A stretch of DNA of 64,000 nt from Acidobacteriota bacterium (GCA_040755995.1 JBFMAF010000028.1:152221-216220); one strand, 5' to 3'; numbered from the stretch's first letter, positions 40,286 to 50,621 are shown. Numbers and translations are program-made. Notes: generated by a model from the letters alone, not told the origin.

Positions 40286-41578
40286 ATGGCCGCACCTGCC
40301 GCCAACGACCGGGAGATCGCGAACATGTTCGTGTTTTTCAGCGAGCTGCTCGGCCGCAACGTGTACGCGTCGACCAACCGTGTCGTCGGACGCTTGGCGG
40401 ATCTGAAGATGAGGCTCGGCGAACCGTTCCCCAAGGTCACGAGCCTGGTCTTCAGAAGGAGATTCGGGAAGTTGATGGAGCTGCCGTGGGAAGAGGTGAC
40501 TGCGATCAACGGATCGAGGATCCACCTGAGAGACGCGGCTGCGGAGCGCGCCTGCCTCGTGAGGGCCGCCACGACCGGCGAGCTGCTGTTGCGCGACGAG
40601 CTTCTCGACAAGCAGGTGGTCGACACCGGCGGAGCCAAGATCGAGCGGGTGAATGACCTGCACTTCCTGATCAACCACGGCGAGCTGCGCCTGGTGCACG
40701 TGGACGTCGGGCTGCGGGGCATCGTTCGCAGGCTCGGGTGGCTTCGCAGCGTAGACGGGGCGACCAACTGGCTCTTCGCCTACCAGCTGCCCGACAAGCT
40801 CATCTCGTGGAAGTACGTGCAACCGCTCTCGGGCGACCCGTCGCTCAAGAATCTCAAGCTGAACGTGACGATCCGCCGTCTCTCGGACATCCATCCCTCT
40901 GATCTCGCGGACATCCTCGAAGAGCTCGATTGCCACCGGCGCGACATGCTGCTCCATTCGCTCGACGTCTCGGCCGCGGCCGATGCGATCGAGGAGATGG
41001 AGACGAAGGCGGCGGTGTCGCTGATGGAGGACGTGAGCGAGAAGGAGGCATCCGACATCATTCGCGAGATGGAGCCTGACGAGGCGGCCGACCTGCTCGA
41101 CGACCTCCCCGACGAGCGCAAGGAGACGCTGATATCCAGCATAGAGACGGAGAAGCGGAGGGAGCTGGAGGAGCTTCTGAGCTACCGCGAGGGGACGGCC
41201 GGCAGCCTCATGACATCGGAGCCGATCACGATCGGCACTGCGGCCACTACAGGCGAGGCGATGGATCTCATCCGCTCGCTCGCAGCCGATCGCGAGCTGA
41301 TCTACTACGTGTACGTGCTCGACGCGGACGGCGCGTTAGTGGGGGTCGTCAATCTGCGGTCCATTCTGGCACACTCCTCATCTACGCCGGTTGCCGGCGT
41401 AATGACGCCGAACCCGATCGCGGTGAGAGTGGAGGACGACGTGGAGGACGTCGCGGCGATTTTCAAGAAATATAACTTCATGTCGGTACCGGTCGTGGAC
41501 GAGCAGCGCAGGCTCAAGGGGCTCGTTACCTGGCGGGACGCCTTCGAAGCAGTGGTCCCGGAGTTCGCGCAGAAATAG
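40286..41578 (+). CDS. MgtE-like cytosolic protein (PRC-barrel + MgtE_N + CBS pair), no TM domain
   Basis: LLDKQVVD..RVNDL, HPSDLADILEEL, MEPDEAADLL, TAGSLMT, CBS pair. Confidence 0.85.
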   Translation: MAAPAANDREIANMFVFFSELLGRNVYASTNRVVGRLADLKMRLGEPFPKVTSLVFRRRFGKLMELPWEEVTAINGSRIHLRDAAAERACLVRAATTGELLLRDELLDKQVVDTGGAKIERVNDLHFLINHGELRLVHVDVGLRGIVRRLGWLRSVDGATNWLFAYQLPDKLISWKYVQPLSGDPSLKNLKLNVTIRRLSDIHPSDLADILEELDCHRRDMLLHSLDVSAAADAIEEMETKAAVSLMEDVSEKEASDIIREMEPDEAADLLDDLPDERKETLISSIETEKRRELEELLSYREGTAGSLMTSEPITIGTAATTGEAMDLIRSLAADRELIYYVYVLDADGALVGVVNLRSILAHSSSTPVAGVMTPNPIAVRVEDDVEDVAAIFKKYNFMSVPVVDEQRRLKGLVTWRDAFEAVVPEFAQK

Positions 41579-41618
41579 GCATGGGTGATACCACTTGGAA
41601 GCCTGCATCTGTACCGGG

Positions 41619-41697
41619 CGGACGCGGGGACGCGGTGACACGGTGATGACGCTGCGTGGTTTCTCCGCGTCCCCGCGTCTCCGCGTCTCCGCGTCGG
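41619..41697. repeat. Inverted 8-bp repeat arrays (hairpin-forming)
   Basis: ggacgcgg ggacgcgg tgacacgg ... ccgcgtcc ccgcgtct ccgcgtct ccgcgtcg. Confidence 0.6.
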
Positions 41698-41737
41698 CTC
41701 GGATAAACAACGGGCGCTCGCGGCAGCCGATGGGGGC

Positions 41738-42982
41738 ATGAATCAGATGTGGCGTACGCTGCGCCGCCGCTGGAAACGGCTCGTCATCTTCATGAGCATC
41801 GTCGGGCCGGGCATCATCACGTCCAACGTCGACAACGACGCCGGTGGGATCACCACCTACTCGATGGCCGGGGCACACTTCGGCTACCGGCTGCTCTGGT
41901 CGCTGATCCCGATAACGATCGGGCTCTATCTCATCCAGGAGATGAGCAGCCGGATGGGGGTGGTGACGGGCAAGGGGCTGTCGGATCTCATTCGTGAGCG
42001 ATTCGGCATCAGGGCCACGTTCTACCTGCTGCTCGCGGTCTTTCTTACCAACCTGGGCAACGTGATCTCGGAGTTTGCGGGAGTGGCCGCGAGCATGGAG
42101 CTGTTCGGCATCTCGCGTCACGTCTCGGTGCCGTTCGCCATCGTCCTCGTCTGGCTCCTGGTAGTGAAGGGCAACTACAAGAGCACTGAGAAGGTGTTCT
42201 TGGCCGCCAGCTCCATGTATCTCCTGTACGTAGTGTCGGGCGTGCTGGCGCGTCCCGACTGGAACGAGGTCTGGAAAGGCGTCCGGTCTCCTTCGTTCAG
42301 CTTCGAGCGCGAGCAGCTCGCCATGCTGGTGGGGCTTACCGGCACCACTATCGCCCCATGGATGCAGTTCTATCTGCAGAGCAGCATTGTCGAGAAGCGG
42401 ATCAAGTGGCGCGACTACCGGTACACACGGTGGGACGTACTGATCGGCAGCGTGATCGTCAATGTGATTGCTTTTTTTATCATCGTGGTTTGTGGGGCCA
42501 CGCTGTTTCATGCCGGAATCAGGGTGGACAGCGCGGAGGCCGCCGCCCGCGCACTGGAGCCGCTGGCGGGCCGCTACTGCTCCGCGCTCTTCGCCCTTGG
42601 CCTGCTCAACGCGTCGCTTTTCTCCGCATCCATCCTGCCGCTCTCGACCGCCTACGTCATCTGCGAAGGTATGGGATGGGAAGACGGTATCAACAAGAAG
42701 TTCTCCGAGGCGCCGCAGTTCTACGGGCTCTACTCGCTGCTGCTCTTCGCCGGCGGCGGCGTCATCCTACTGCCGCACATGCCGCTCATTCCCATCATGT
42801 ACATTTCGCAGGTCATCAACGGCGTTATGCTCCCGGTGGTCCTCGTCTTCATGCTGATCCTGGTGAACAGCCCGCGGGTCATGGGCGAGCACAAGAACGG
42901 GTGGGGCTACAACATCCTCACGGGCCTAACCGCGCTGGTAGTGAGCTTCCTCTCGGTGTCGCTGGTGGTCACATTGCTCTGA
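41738..42982 (+). CDS. NRAMP-family divalent metal transporter (NRAMP-related Mg2+ transporter type)
   Basis: GPGII..DNDAGGITTYS, QEMSSRMG.VTGKG, GTTIAPWMQFY. Confidence 0.88.
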   Translation: MNQMWRTLRRRWKRLVIFMSIVGPGIITSNVDNDAGGITTYSMAGAHFGYRLLWSLIPITIGLYLIQEMSSRMGVVTGKGLSDLIRERFGIRATFYLLLAVFLTNLGNVISEFAGVAASMELFGISRHVSVPFAIVLVWLLVVKGNYKSTEKVFLAASSMYLLYVVSGVLARPDWNEVWKGVRSPSFSFEREQLAMLVGLTGTTIAPWMQFYLQSSIVEKRIKWRDYRYTRWDVLIGSVIVNVIAFFIIVVCGATLFHAGIRVDSAEAAARALEPLAGRYCSALFALGLLNASLFSASILPLSTAYVICEGMGWEDGINKKFSEAPQFYGLYSLLLFAGGGVILLPHMPLIPIMYISQVINGVMLPVVLVFMLILVNSPRVMGEHKNGWGYNILTGLTALVVSFLSVSLVVTLL

Positions 42983-42989
42983 GCGGCCG

Positions 42990-44282
42990 CTATTTCCGCG
43001 TGCGGTCATCAGGGCATTTGTAAAAAGCAACAAGCGAGACGAGGGCCGCGAAGACCTGCATCCAACCCGGCGAGGACAGCGAGCCGGTGCGATCCACCAG
43101 CCAGTCGGCGGCAAAGGGCGACAAACCTCCGAACACCGCCGCTGCCAGATTGAAGCTCACAGCGAACGCCGTGCCCCGTACCTCGCGGGGGAACTGCATC
43201 GTCAGCGGCATCAACGCCACTGCGTTGATGGGCGTGTACAAGATTACGAAAGCGAGCAGGACAATGGCATCCCCGAAGACGCTGCCGTGTTGGACCAGCT
43301 CGAAGAGCGGCGGCGAGAACACTGCCAATCCCACGCAGGAAGCGGTCACCAGCCGCCTCGCCCCGACACGATCTGCAAGCCAGCCGCCCACCGGCGTCAG
43401 CACGACCTGCAGCAGCAGCGCGGAAGTGGTGAGCCGTAGGGCAAGGGACATCGGGATGTGGCCATGCGTCTCGATCCCCGTGGCGAGATAGACGAAGGGG
43501 ACATAAAAGGCCACCATGTACAGGCACGCGCCGCCGATAGTGATGAGCATCGCCCCGCGTTGTTCGTGCCATACCTTCGTCATGATGTGCCTCGCGCGAG
43601 CGGGTTCCAGACGCTTCGTGTCAATGGCCGAGAGTTGCCGGCGCGCAACACTCGCAACCAGGCCCAGGACAGCCCCGAAGAGGAAGGGAATCCGCCATCC
43701 CCAGGATGACAAAGCCGACGGGCTCAACAGGGCGCTCAGGCACGCTCCTGCTCCTGCGCCCAGAAGGAATCCAGTGGAGCCTGCGGCTCCGCACCACGAC
43801 GCGGCCCATCCCCTGCGCCCGGGACTGTGCTGCTCGGAAAGCACAGTCATCGAGGTGGCGAATTCGCCGCCCACGGACAGCCCCTGGAGAAGGCGCAGCA
43901 CCGTCAACAGGATCGGCGCCAGAACACCGATCTGGGAGTAGACAGGGAGCAACCCCATCAGCGTGGTGGAACCGGCCATCAACAGAACGGAGAGCTGCAG
44001 GGCTCGGACGCGCCCGACCCTGTCGCTCACCAGGCCGTAGAAGAGACCGCCGCCGATCCGCCCGAAAAACCCGACAGCAAAGATGCCGAAGGTCGCCAGC
44101 ACTCCCGCAACAGGGTTCTGCTCCGGGAAGAACTGCCGCGCCAGCACGGTGGTGAGATACCCGTAGACGGCGAAGTCATACCACTCCAGAATATTCCCGC
44201 ACGAGGTGATCAGAAGCAGGCGGAAGGAGAGTTTCCGCGTCTCGGCCCCCGGTTCTTCGACACCGCCGCCGGATGTGCTCAT
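42990..44282 (-). CDS. MFS transporter (metabolite:H+ symporter, ProP-like)
   Basis: GNILEWYDFAVY, DRVGR, RLLQGLSVGGE, WGWRIPF. Confidence 0.9.
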   Translation of the reverse strand: MSTSGGGVEEPGAETRKLSFRLLLITSCGNILEWYDFAVYGYLTTVLARQFFPEQNPVAGVLATFGIFAVGFFGRIGGGLFYGLVSDRVGRVRALQLSVLLMAGSTTLMGLLPVYSQIGVLAPILLTVLRLLQGLSVGGEFATSMTVLSEQHSPGRRGWAASWCGAAGSTGFLLGAGAGACLSALLSPSALSSWGWRIPFLFGAVLGLVASVARRQLSAIDTKRLEPARARHIMTKVWHEQRGAMLITIGGACLYMVAFYVPFVYLATGIETHGHIPMSLALRLTTSALLLQVVLTPVGGWLADRVGARRLVTASCVGLAVFSPPLFELVQHGSVFGDAIVLLAFVILYTPINAVALMPLTMQFPREVRGTAFAVSFNLAAAVFGGLSPFAADWLVDRTGSLSSPGWMQVFAALVSLVAFYKCPDDRTRK

Positions 44283-44473
44283 CGTTCCGTACATGGTAAC
44301 AGGATCCGACCCGGCCCTCAACATACGCCCTGATGCGGTCCACCAATCAGGCAACCAGCACGGGGTGGGGGCCGACCTTCGCCCCCTCACCCACTCTTCC
44401 TTCGATTGCAGACTGTGTAGAGGCCATCTATACTATGGGGGTAGATGAACAGCTGTGGGAAAGGGAGATTGCC

Positions 44474-44734
44474 ATGGGGATCGGAATTGACGAGGCGAAG
44501 GCCGCACTGATGGAGACGTTGCAAGATCTCTCGGCTGACGACATCAAGGAGTTGGTCGATTTTGCAGCCTACCTCCGGAACAAGTCGCACAGGGATGGCG
44601 CCCTTCGGCAGGATCAACTGCGTGCATTGCCGGCCTCGTCGCTTGCCGCCCTGACGTCTATCGCCTCGTTGGGTGGTGACGCCCTGAGGGACTCGGAGGC
44701 TCTCTATGACGAACCGTCTCCCGGCCGTCATTGA
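44474..44734 (+). CDS. Putative antitoxin (DUF2281-like)
   Basis: L..LS.DDIKELVDFAAYLR; overlaps the downstream PIN gene. Confidence 0.6.
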   Translation: MGIGIDEAKAALMETLQDLSADDIKELVDFAAYLRNKSHRDGALRQDQLRALPASSLAALTSIASLGGDALRDSEALYDEPSPGRH

Positions 44735-45176
44735 CACCAATGTCCTTGTCGCGTTGATCGACGATCGGGACAAGTGGCATTCCCGCGCTGTCGCAGTGCG
44801 GGATGCCGTCCTGAAGGCAGGTACCAACATCGTGTATCTGGACTGTGTCGTCAACGAATCGATCAGCGTGATGGCGCGGCGGGTGGAGGAGAAGAAGCAG
44901 GCAGGCCGGTTCGCACCTCTCCTGGATAGCCTGTTCGTCTCGATCAAGCCGGATGACATCACCTGGATCTCTAGGGAAAGCAGGAGGCCGTTCTCCCAGA
45001 TCGTCGCCATCTGTCGGGGTAGCGATGGAGCCTTGAATTTCCACGACGCGCTCATTGCTCTGGCATCGAGGGAACTGGGCATCCGTCATCTCTTGAGCTT
45101 CGACGAGGATTTCGATGATCTGTCGTGGCTGGTGAGAGTGGGGGCGCCCGAAGAAGCAGCAGCGATCGGCTCGTGA
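44706..45176 (+). CDS. PIN-domain (VapC-like) toxin
   Basis: VIDTNVLVAL..D.WH, E, NFHDALI, SFDEDF. Confidence 0.85.
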   Translation: MTNRLPAVIDTNVLVALIDDRDKWHSRAVAVRDAVLKAGTNIVYLDCVVNESISVMARRVEEKKQAGRFAPLLDSLFVSIKPDDITWISRESRRPFSQIVAICRGSDGALNFHDALIALASRELGIRHLLSFDEDFDDLSWLVRVGAPEEAAAIGS

Positions 45177-45257
45177 GCGACGCAGCCGAGTCCTGTGACG
45201 GCCATCGTGCTCGCGCCGCCTGGTGCGGGTCCTCCCTGCCTATCTCGCACGGCCCGG

Positions 45258-45480
45258 TCAAGCCCAGTTTTCGATCGTCAGCGCCGGCACACGCCGGAAC
45301 TCCTGGACGCTGTTTGTGACAAGCGCCATCCCTGTGCTGCGCGCATGGGCGTCAATCATCATATCCATCGCTCCCATCGGCGTTCCCTTCGCATCCAGGC
45401 ACGCGCGTATCTGCCCATGGTGATCGGCCGCCCGGTCGTCCCACGACAGTACCCGAAGGCCGCAGGCGAAGTCATCCATC
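45258..45480 (-). pseudogene. VapC/PIN toxin C-terminal fragment
   Basis: IRACLDAKGTPMGAMDMMIDAHARS..LVTNSVQEFRRVPALTIENWA; N-terminal LDT motif absent. Confidence 0.65.
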
Positions 45481-45569
45481 TCTGTGCCCTTCCGCCCGCT
45501 GAACGCAGCGCAGTTCTGCACAGGCTCATCCGACTCACCCCGCACTCGCCGGATGAGCGTGGCCCGGGT

Positions 45570-46175
45570 CTACTTCGCGCCGTAAATCTTCTTGATCCCG
45601 GCGATGTCGTCGGAATGCAGCGTGCGCTTCTTGGTCTCCCCCTTGGCACCGTAGCCGTACATCGTCTTTTCCTTGTCAGCGGCTCCGTACAGGTCGAGCA
45701 GCTGCAGGCTGTGCCCGGCCTCGTGCGTGAGGATGTTCTGCACGTCGTAGCCGCTTGGAGAGCCGTTCGTCACCCATGGGAAGTTGGTGTTGAAGATGAT
45801 GTCGGAGTCGACAAGTCTCTTCGTGGTCTGGTAGTACCAGCTGTGATTCAGCGCCAGCACATTCTGATACTGCGATCCGCTCAGCGGCCCCTTAGTGATG
45901 ACGTTGGTGTAGTCGACGTCGCTTACGTTCCAGCTCACACCCTTCGAGGTCTTCCCCTTGTAGACGAATTTGAACTTGGACCCGGCGTTGTTCCAGGGGT
46001 TCATGCCGGCCTTGATCTTCGAGAGCCAGCTTGCCGCGGCGTTGTTCACGTAGTAGTTCTCGTAAAGCGCCGTCCAGCGGACTCCCTGGTACTTGTATGC
46101 GCTCGCATCCCCACAGACCAGAACCACGAGCGCGGCCGCTCCCAGCCAGGAAACGCTTCTCCAGCGTCGCATCAC
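45570..46175 (-). CDS. Secreted matrixin-like (metzincin) metallopeptidase
   Basis: Signal peptide, DSDIIFN, HEAGHSLQLLD zinc motif, Met-turn TMYG, LHSDDIAGI. Confidence 0.8.
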   Translation of the reverse strand: MMRRWRSVSWLGAAALVVLVCGDASAYKYQGVRWTALYENYYVNNAAASWLSKIKAGMNPWNNAGSKFKFVYKGKTSKGVSWNVSDVDYTNVITKGPLSGSQYQNVLALNHSWYYQTTKRLVDSDIIFNTNFPWVTNGSPSGYDVQNILTHEAGHSLQLLDLYGAADKEKTMYGYGAKGETKKRTLHSDDIAGIKKIYGAK

Positions 46176-46657
46176 TTCGCCTCCCTCTTTGCGCGAATCT
46201 CATCACGAACGCGTTCCATCAAGTCCCCCTCGCTCAGGCCGTTCTCGATGACCTTCCCCTTGTCCAGCGTGAATTTTCCCTGCCGCAGCCCCACGACGTA
46301 CGGGCCCTCTGCGGCCGGATGTGCGAGAAACACGAGCACGCGCGTCCCCTCGACAAACTTCGGCATGTCCGAAACGTAGAGCCCCATCTCCCCCACTTCA
46401 CCGCCCGGGATGGACAGCTCCACCACATTGCCCGGCTCATTCCCGAGCAGCCTGTCCTCGATGAGAATCTTCACGCGTGTCTCTATCGACCCCGCCGGCG
46501 TCCAGTCTGCTTTCGCTTCCAGTACCGTTCCCGTCACGATCTCAGTGGCCTCGGCCGTCAGATCTTTCAGGTCCATCTCCCTCATGATCCCGAAGGAGAT
46601 CTGTGGCACCAATGCGACGATGCCCAGTGCCAGGATGGTCTTCGTTATCCCTTTCAT
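46172..46657 (-). CDS. Secreted hypothetical protein (beta-rich, matrixin-associated)
   Basis: Signal peptide; L...A..IVTGTV..PGG.VG..P.F..G.RVLVFL; coupled to the peptidase gene. Confidence 0.65.
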   Translation of the reverse strand: MKGITKTILALGIVALVPQISFGIMREMDLKDLTAEATEIVTGTVLEAKADWTPAGSIETRVKILIEDRLLGNEPGNVVELSIPGGEVGEMGLYVSDMPKFVEGTRVLVFLAHPAAEGPYVVGLRQGKFTLDKGKVIENGLSEGDLMERVRDEIRAKREAK

Positions 46658-46753
46658 TCCCTCGCCTCCTGCCTCTAATTCCTACTCTAGAACAGTGAAT
46701 TTGTCAACAGCCGTGGCCGGCGATCGCCGGTACCTGTCTCTCGCGCCGATCTC

Positions 46754-47137
46754 TCATGGAACGCACGCGATCGCTTCCATCTCGAACAGCACGTCGCGCG
46801 GAAGGCGGCTGACTTCCACCGTCGATCGCGCCGGAAACGGCGCGGTGAAGAACCGCCCGTAGACATCGTTGACGGTCGCGAAATCGTTCATCGACTTCAG
46901 GAAGAGCGTCGCCTTTACTACGTGTGTAGTATCGAGCCCCGCTGCCGCCAGCACAGCAGCCACGTTCTTCATCACCCGCTCGACCTGCTCCCGTATCCCG
47001 CCTTCGACGAGCTGCCCGGTAGCGGGATCCAGCGGGATCTGGCCCGAGATAAACACGAAACCCCCGGCCCGCACGGCCTGCGAGTAGGGCCCGATGGCGG
47101 CCGGCGCCGCATCCGTTTTGATGACCTGCTTCTCCAT
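46754..47137 (-). CDS. ridA: RidA/YjgF enamine deaminase
   Basis: APAAIGPYSQA, SGQIPLDP, PARS.VEVSRLP..E.E. Confidence 0.92.
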   Translation of the reverse strand: MEKQVIKTDAAPAAIGPYSQAVRAGGFVFISGQIPLDPATGQLVEGGIREQVERVMKNVAAVLAAAGLDTTHVVKATLFLKSMNDFATVNDVYGRFFTAPFPARSTVEVSRLPRDVLFEMEAIACVP

Positions 47138-47165
47138 GGATACCTCCAGAGGAATTGCGGCCGGC

Positions 47166-48845
47166 CTACCCCGCCCCGCTCGATTCCGGAACTTCGATCG
47201 TGATGATATGCGTCTCGCTGACCTCGCCGCCGCACTGGTTGGCGGCGGTGATTGTGATCAGGTAGGTCCCGGATTCACTCCAGGTGAAGACGGCGGTGTC
47301 GGTAGGCTCCTTGTTCGTGTGTACGATGGCGGCCTCCTGCCCGTCGGCTTTCCAGACGAAGGTCACCGGCATGGTCGTCGCGGGCGGATCGGCGAACGCC
47401 GCGAACTTGCACGGCTCGCCCGCCGCGGCGGTCAGCGGTCCTTCGATCGTCATCGCGGCAGGCGGCACGCACTGCGGCTCGGCCGGAGCGGGCGATGCGG
47501 CCTGCGTCGCGGGGGCCGCAGCGGGAACCGCAGGGCCGTCGACCGCAATGGCCGTGCTCTTCCGGACCACGACACCGCACTCGTTCAGCGCCGTGACGGC
47601 GATCGAGTACTTGCCGGGCTTGTCCCAGGAGAAGGCCACCGTATCAGTGATCGTGTCTCCCGCGTGCACGGTCGGCGGAGTCTGGCCGTCCGCCTTCCAG
47701 GTGAAAGTGATCGGGGTAGTGGCCTCGATCGGATTGACAGTAGCGGTGAATGCGTACGAGATCTGGGTTGTCCCGCTCAGGGGTCCACTGACGCCGACGT
47801 CGCTCAGAGCGTAGCACAGAGGCTGGCCCGCCTCCACGGCGACCTCCTGCCGCCTCGTCACCACCACGCCGCACTCGTTGACCGCCGTGACTGTCACCGT
47901 CTGCGCCCCGGGCTCGGTCCAGGTGAGTGTCAGGGAATCGGTGACGCCCTGGCCGGGATGGACCACAGCAGACGGCTGCCCGGTGGCCCGCCATGTGTAC
48001 AGGATCGGTGTGGTGGCGGTTTTCGGCCCGGCCGTTGCGCTGAAGGCGCACGCCTTGCCGATGCCGGTTGTCGACGGTCCGGCCAGGCTCAGCGAGTTGA
48101 GCGGGTTGCAGACGACCACGGGCGTCTCGATCGTGATGTTGTGAGTGCTGTTTACCACGACTCCGCACTCGTTGGCCGCCGTCAGCGTGACTACGTATGC
48201 TCCTGGTGCCGGCCATGTCAGTGACACCGAGTCTTGAAGATTCTTGGACTGGTGGACGACGGGCGAGTCCAGTCCTGTCCCGATCCAGGTGTACGTGATG
48301 GGGGTGTTGGCGGTTTCTGGCGACAGTTTGGCGGTCAACGCAACAGCGGAGCCGGTGGCTCCGGACGCAGGTCCCTCGATCGTCGCCTTCTCCAGCGCGT
48401 TGCACACGGGCGGGGCCGCTTCGATTGTGATCGTGTGCATGTTGCTGGTCACGACCCCGCATTCGTTCACGGCCGTCACCGTGACCACATGAGTTCCTTC
48501 GGAGCTCCAGCTCAGATCCACCGAATCGGTGATTCTCCGATCAGTGTGATTGATCGCCGCCGGCTGCCCCGTGGCCTGCCACGTGTAAGAGATCGGGGTC
48601 GTGGCGCTCTCTGGTACCGCCGCTGCATTGAACGTGTAAGTCGTGCCAACCTTGCCCACCGTGGGTCCGCCGACCTTGACGTCGCTCACGGCGTTGCACG
48701 GCGCGTCCTGGGCGTGCAGCGGATCGCTCGCGCCGGTCACAAGAAGCAGGAACAGGGCAACACGCGCCTCGCGAAAGCGACGCGCACGATGCGCGACCGT
48801 GAGCGTACGCCGATCCCTGGATGTGCTGATCGTCAATGCTTCCAC
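47166..48845 (-). CDS. Secreted protein with five PKD-like repeats
   Basis: Five approx. 90-aa repeats C..GP..A...P..AT.PI.Y.W..GQ..W...G...VTA.NECG. Start approximate; the upstream ORF extension is the antisense of vgrG. Confidence 0.75.
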   Translation of the reverse strand: MEALTISTSRDRRTLTVAHRARRFREARVALFLLLVTGASDPLHAQDAPCNAVSDVKVGGPTVGKVGTTYTFNAAAVPESATTPISYTWQATGQPAAINHTDRRITDSVDLSWSSEGTHVVTVTAVNECGVVTSNMHTITIEAAPPVCNALEKATIEGPASGATGSAVALTAKLSPETANTPITYTWIGTGLDSPVVHQSKNLQDSVSLTWPAPGAYVVTLTAANECGVVVNSTHNITIETPVVVCNPLNSLSLAGPSTTGIGKACAFSATAGPKTATTPILYTWRATGQPSAVVHPGQGVTDSLTLTWTEPGAQTVTVTAVNECGVVVTRRQEVAVEAGQPLCYALSDVGVSGPLSGTTQISYAFTATVNPIEATTPITFTWKADGQTPPTVHAGDTITDTVAFSWDKPGKYSIAVTALNECGVVVRKSTAIAVDGPAVPAAAPATQAASPAPAEPQCVPPAAMTIEGPLTAAAGEPCKFAAFADPPATTMPVTFVWKADGQEAAIVHTNKEPTDTAVFTWSESGTYLITITAANQCGGEVSETHIITIEVPESSGAG

Positions 48846-49046
48846 CTGGGGCGTAGTATCTCCCGCGCTCGCGGAGGTGTCAAGAATAGTTGCGTGCCCA
48901 CGGAGTTTTGTGTTACATACGAGCCGCAGGCCTTGATCTAGGGGGCGCACAGTCTCAGCGGCATGATTGGCACGCGCGCACCTCTGATCCGACCGGGACC
49001 GGCCTGATCGATCTCGGGGCAATTCGCCGACAGGAAGGCACGTCTT

Positions 49047-50621
49047 ATGGCTGCTAGTTACATCAAGATCGGAGGCGACCTCCTGAAGGATGCCGTCCTC
49101 GAGGTTGTCGAAGTTACGCAGGAGCTGAACCGCCACTGGTGGTGCACGATCGAGTGCCGCCAGACCGAGGACCAGCGATTCGCAATCGAGGACTTCCTGG
49201 GACAGGACTTGCAGGTTCTGACCCGCGATCAGGACGATGCGGAGCGCACCGTTTTCGACGGGTTCGTGCTGGACGTGGAGCTGGAGTACGAGATATTCGG
49301 CAGCTACACTGCGCGTATCACGGGTGTCACCCGCTCGTACCTCATGGATCTCACTCCGCGGCAGGCGTACTACCTGGACAAGAACATGGAGGACGTCGCC
49401 AACACGATGGTGGGGCGCGCCAGCCTGCAGCTCAACATCGCCTACACCGAGCAGCCGCCGCGGGACTACGTTCAATGGGGCGAGACCGATTTCGAGTTCC
49501 TCAAGAGACTGGCTGACGATCACGACTGCTGGATCCGGCCGACCGCCGAGGGGCTCGACATCTACAACGCATTCCAGCAGGAAAGCACGAAGGTGCAATG
49601 GCGAGGTGAGAGCGGTGACAAGGGACTGCTCAGCTTCAAGGTGAGCGGCCGCCTGAGCCAGCCGTCGTTCAACGGTGCCCACTATCACCCGCCTTCAATG
49701 GAAAGCCGCACGTTCACAGGGGTCAGCGAGGAGGCGTCGTTCTACAGCTCGGTCAGTCCCATGGTCGATGCCGTCAAGCAGGCATCGCAAGAGAAGATGC
49801 TTTCCGGGTACGTGCCCAGCCGCAGCCGCGCGACCGACCTGGACAATTACGAGCAGATTCTCAAAGGCGAGAGCGTGCGCTCGATCGGGAGCAAGATTCT
49901 CGGGTTCGGCGTGAGCAAGAACTCGGAGCTGCTGCCGGGCAACGAGCTGGAAATCGAGGGCGTGCTTGACGCGCACGGGACGTACGGCATAGTCAAGGTG
50001 ACCCACCGGTGGACCGCCGCCGGCTACAGCAACGAATTCGTCTGCACACCGTGGCAGACGTACAAGAACTCCGAGCCGCCTCCACAGAAGATGTTTTTCG
50101 GGCTCACTCCCGCGCGAGTCGCCGCGAATAATGATCCGGATGGGCGGGGGCGAATAAAGGTGCAGTACTTCTGGCAGGAGGACGGTCAGAGCGAGTGGGC
50201 CCGAATGATGACACCGCACGCGGGGGCCGACCGCGGTTTCTACTTCATGCCCGAGGTGGGCGACGAAGTGCTGGTCGCGTTCCAGGAGGGCGATCCGGAG
50301 CGCCCCGTGGTGCTCGGATGCCTCTGGAACGGTGTCGACCGCGCACCGACCGAGGAGTTCTGGGGCGACGAGCACGGGAACGACGACGTCAAACGGATCG
50401 TCACCAAGAGCGGCCATCGCATTCAGCTCGTGGACAAGGAGGGCAAGGAATCCATCGTCATTGCCACTCCAAACTACCTGAAGATCTCGCTCATCGAGAA
50501 CACCGACGAGACAGGACGCTCGATGATCACACTCCATTCAGAGAACGGCGACATCTTCTTCAGCGCGCCGAACGGGAGAGTCCATTTCCACAGCAAGTAC
50601 TTTTCGCGCGAAGTTGGCTAG
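49047..50621 (+). CDS. vgrG: VgrG-like spike hub protein (gp27-like + gp5 OB fold)
   Basis: YVQWGETDFEFLKRLA; ARV..N.DPDGRGRIKVQY.W; WAR..P.AG..RGFYFMPEVGDEVLVAF..GDPERP.VLG.LWNG; TKSGH. Confidence 0.85.
   Translation: MAASYIKIGGDLLKDAVLEVVEVTQELNRHWWCTIECRQTEDQRFAIEDFLGQDLQVLTRDQDDAERTVFDGFVLDVELEYEIFGSYTARITGVTRSYLMDLTPRQAYYLDKNMEDVANTMVGRASLQLNIAYTEQPPRDYVQWGETDFEFLKRLADDHDCWIRPTAEGLDIYNAFQQESTKVQWRGESGDKGLLSFKVSGRLSQPSFNGAHYHPPSMESRTFTGVSEEASFYSSVSPMVDAVKQASQEKMLSGYVPSRSRATDLDNYEQILKGESVRSIGSKILGFGVSKNSELLPGNELEIEGVLDAHGTYGIVKVTHRWTAAGYSNEFVCTPWQTYKNSEPPPQKMFFGLTPARVAANNDPDGRGRIKVQYFWQEDGQSEWARMMTPHAGADRGFYFMPEVGDEVLVAFQEGDPERPVVLGCLWNGVDRAPTEEFWGDEHGNDDVKRIVTKSGHRIQLVDKEGKESIVIATPNYLKISLIENTDETGRSMITLHSENGDIFFSAPNGRVHFHSKYFSREVG

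Noticed and set aside
48968..48985. sigma54 promoter upstream of vgrG (TTGGCACG)
   Set aside because: No TTGC at the -12 position.
48846..49688. N-terminal extension of the 840-aa PKD ORF
   Set aside because: Overlaps vgrG antisense; the signal-like segment begins near 48800.
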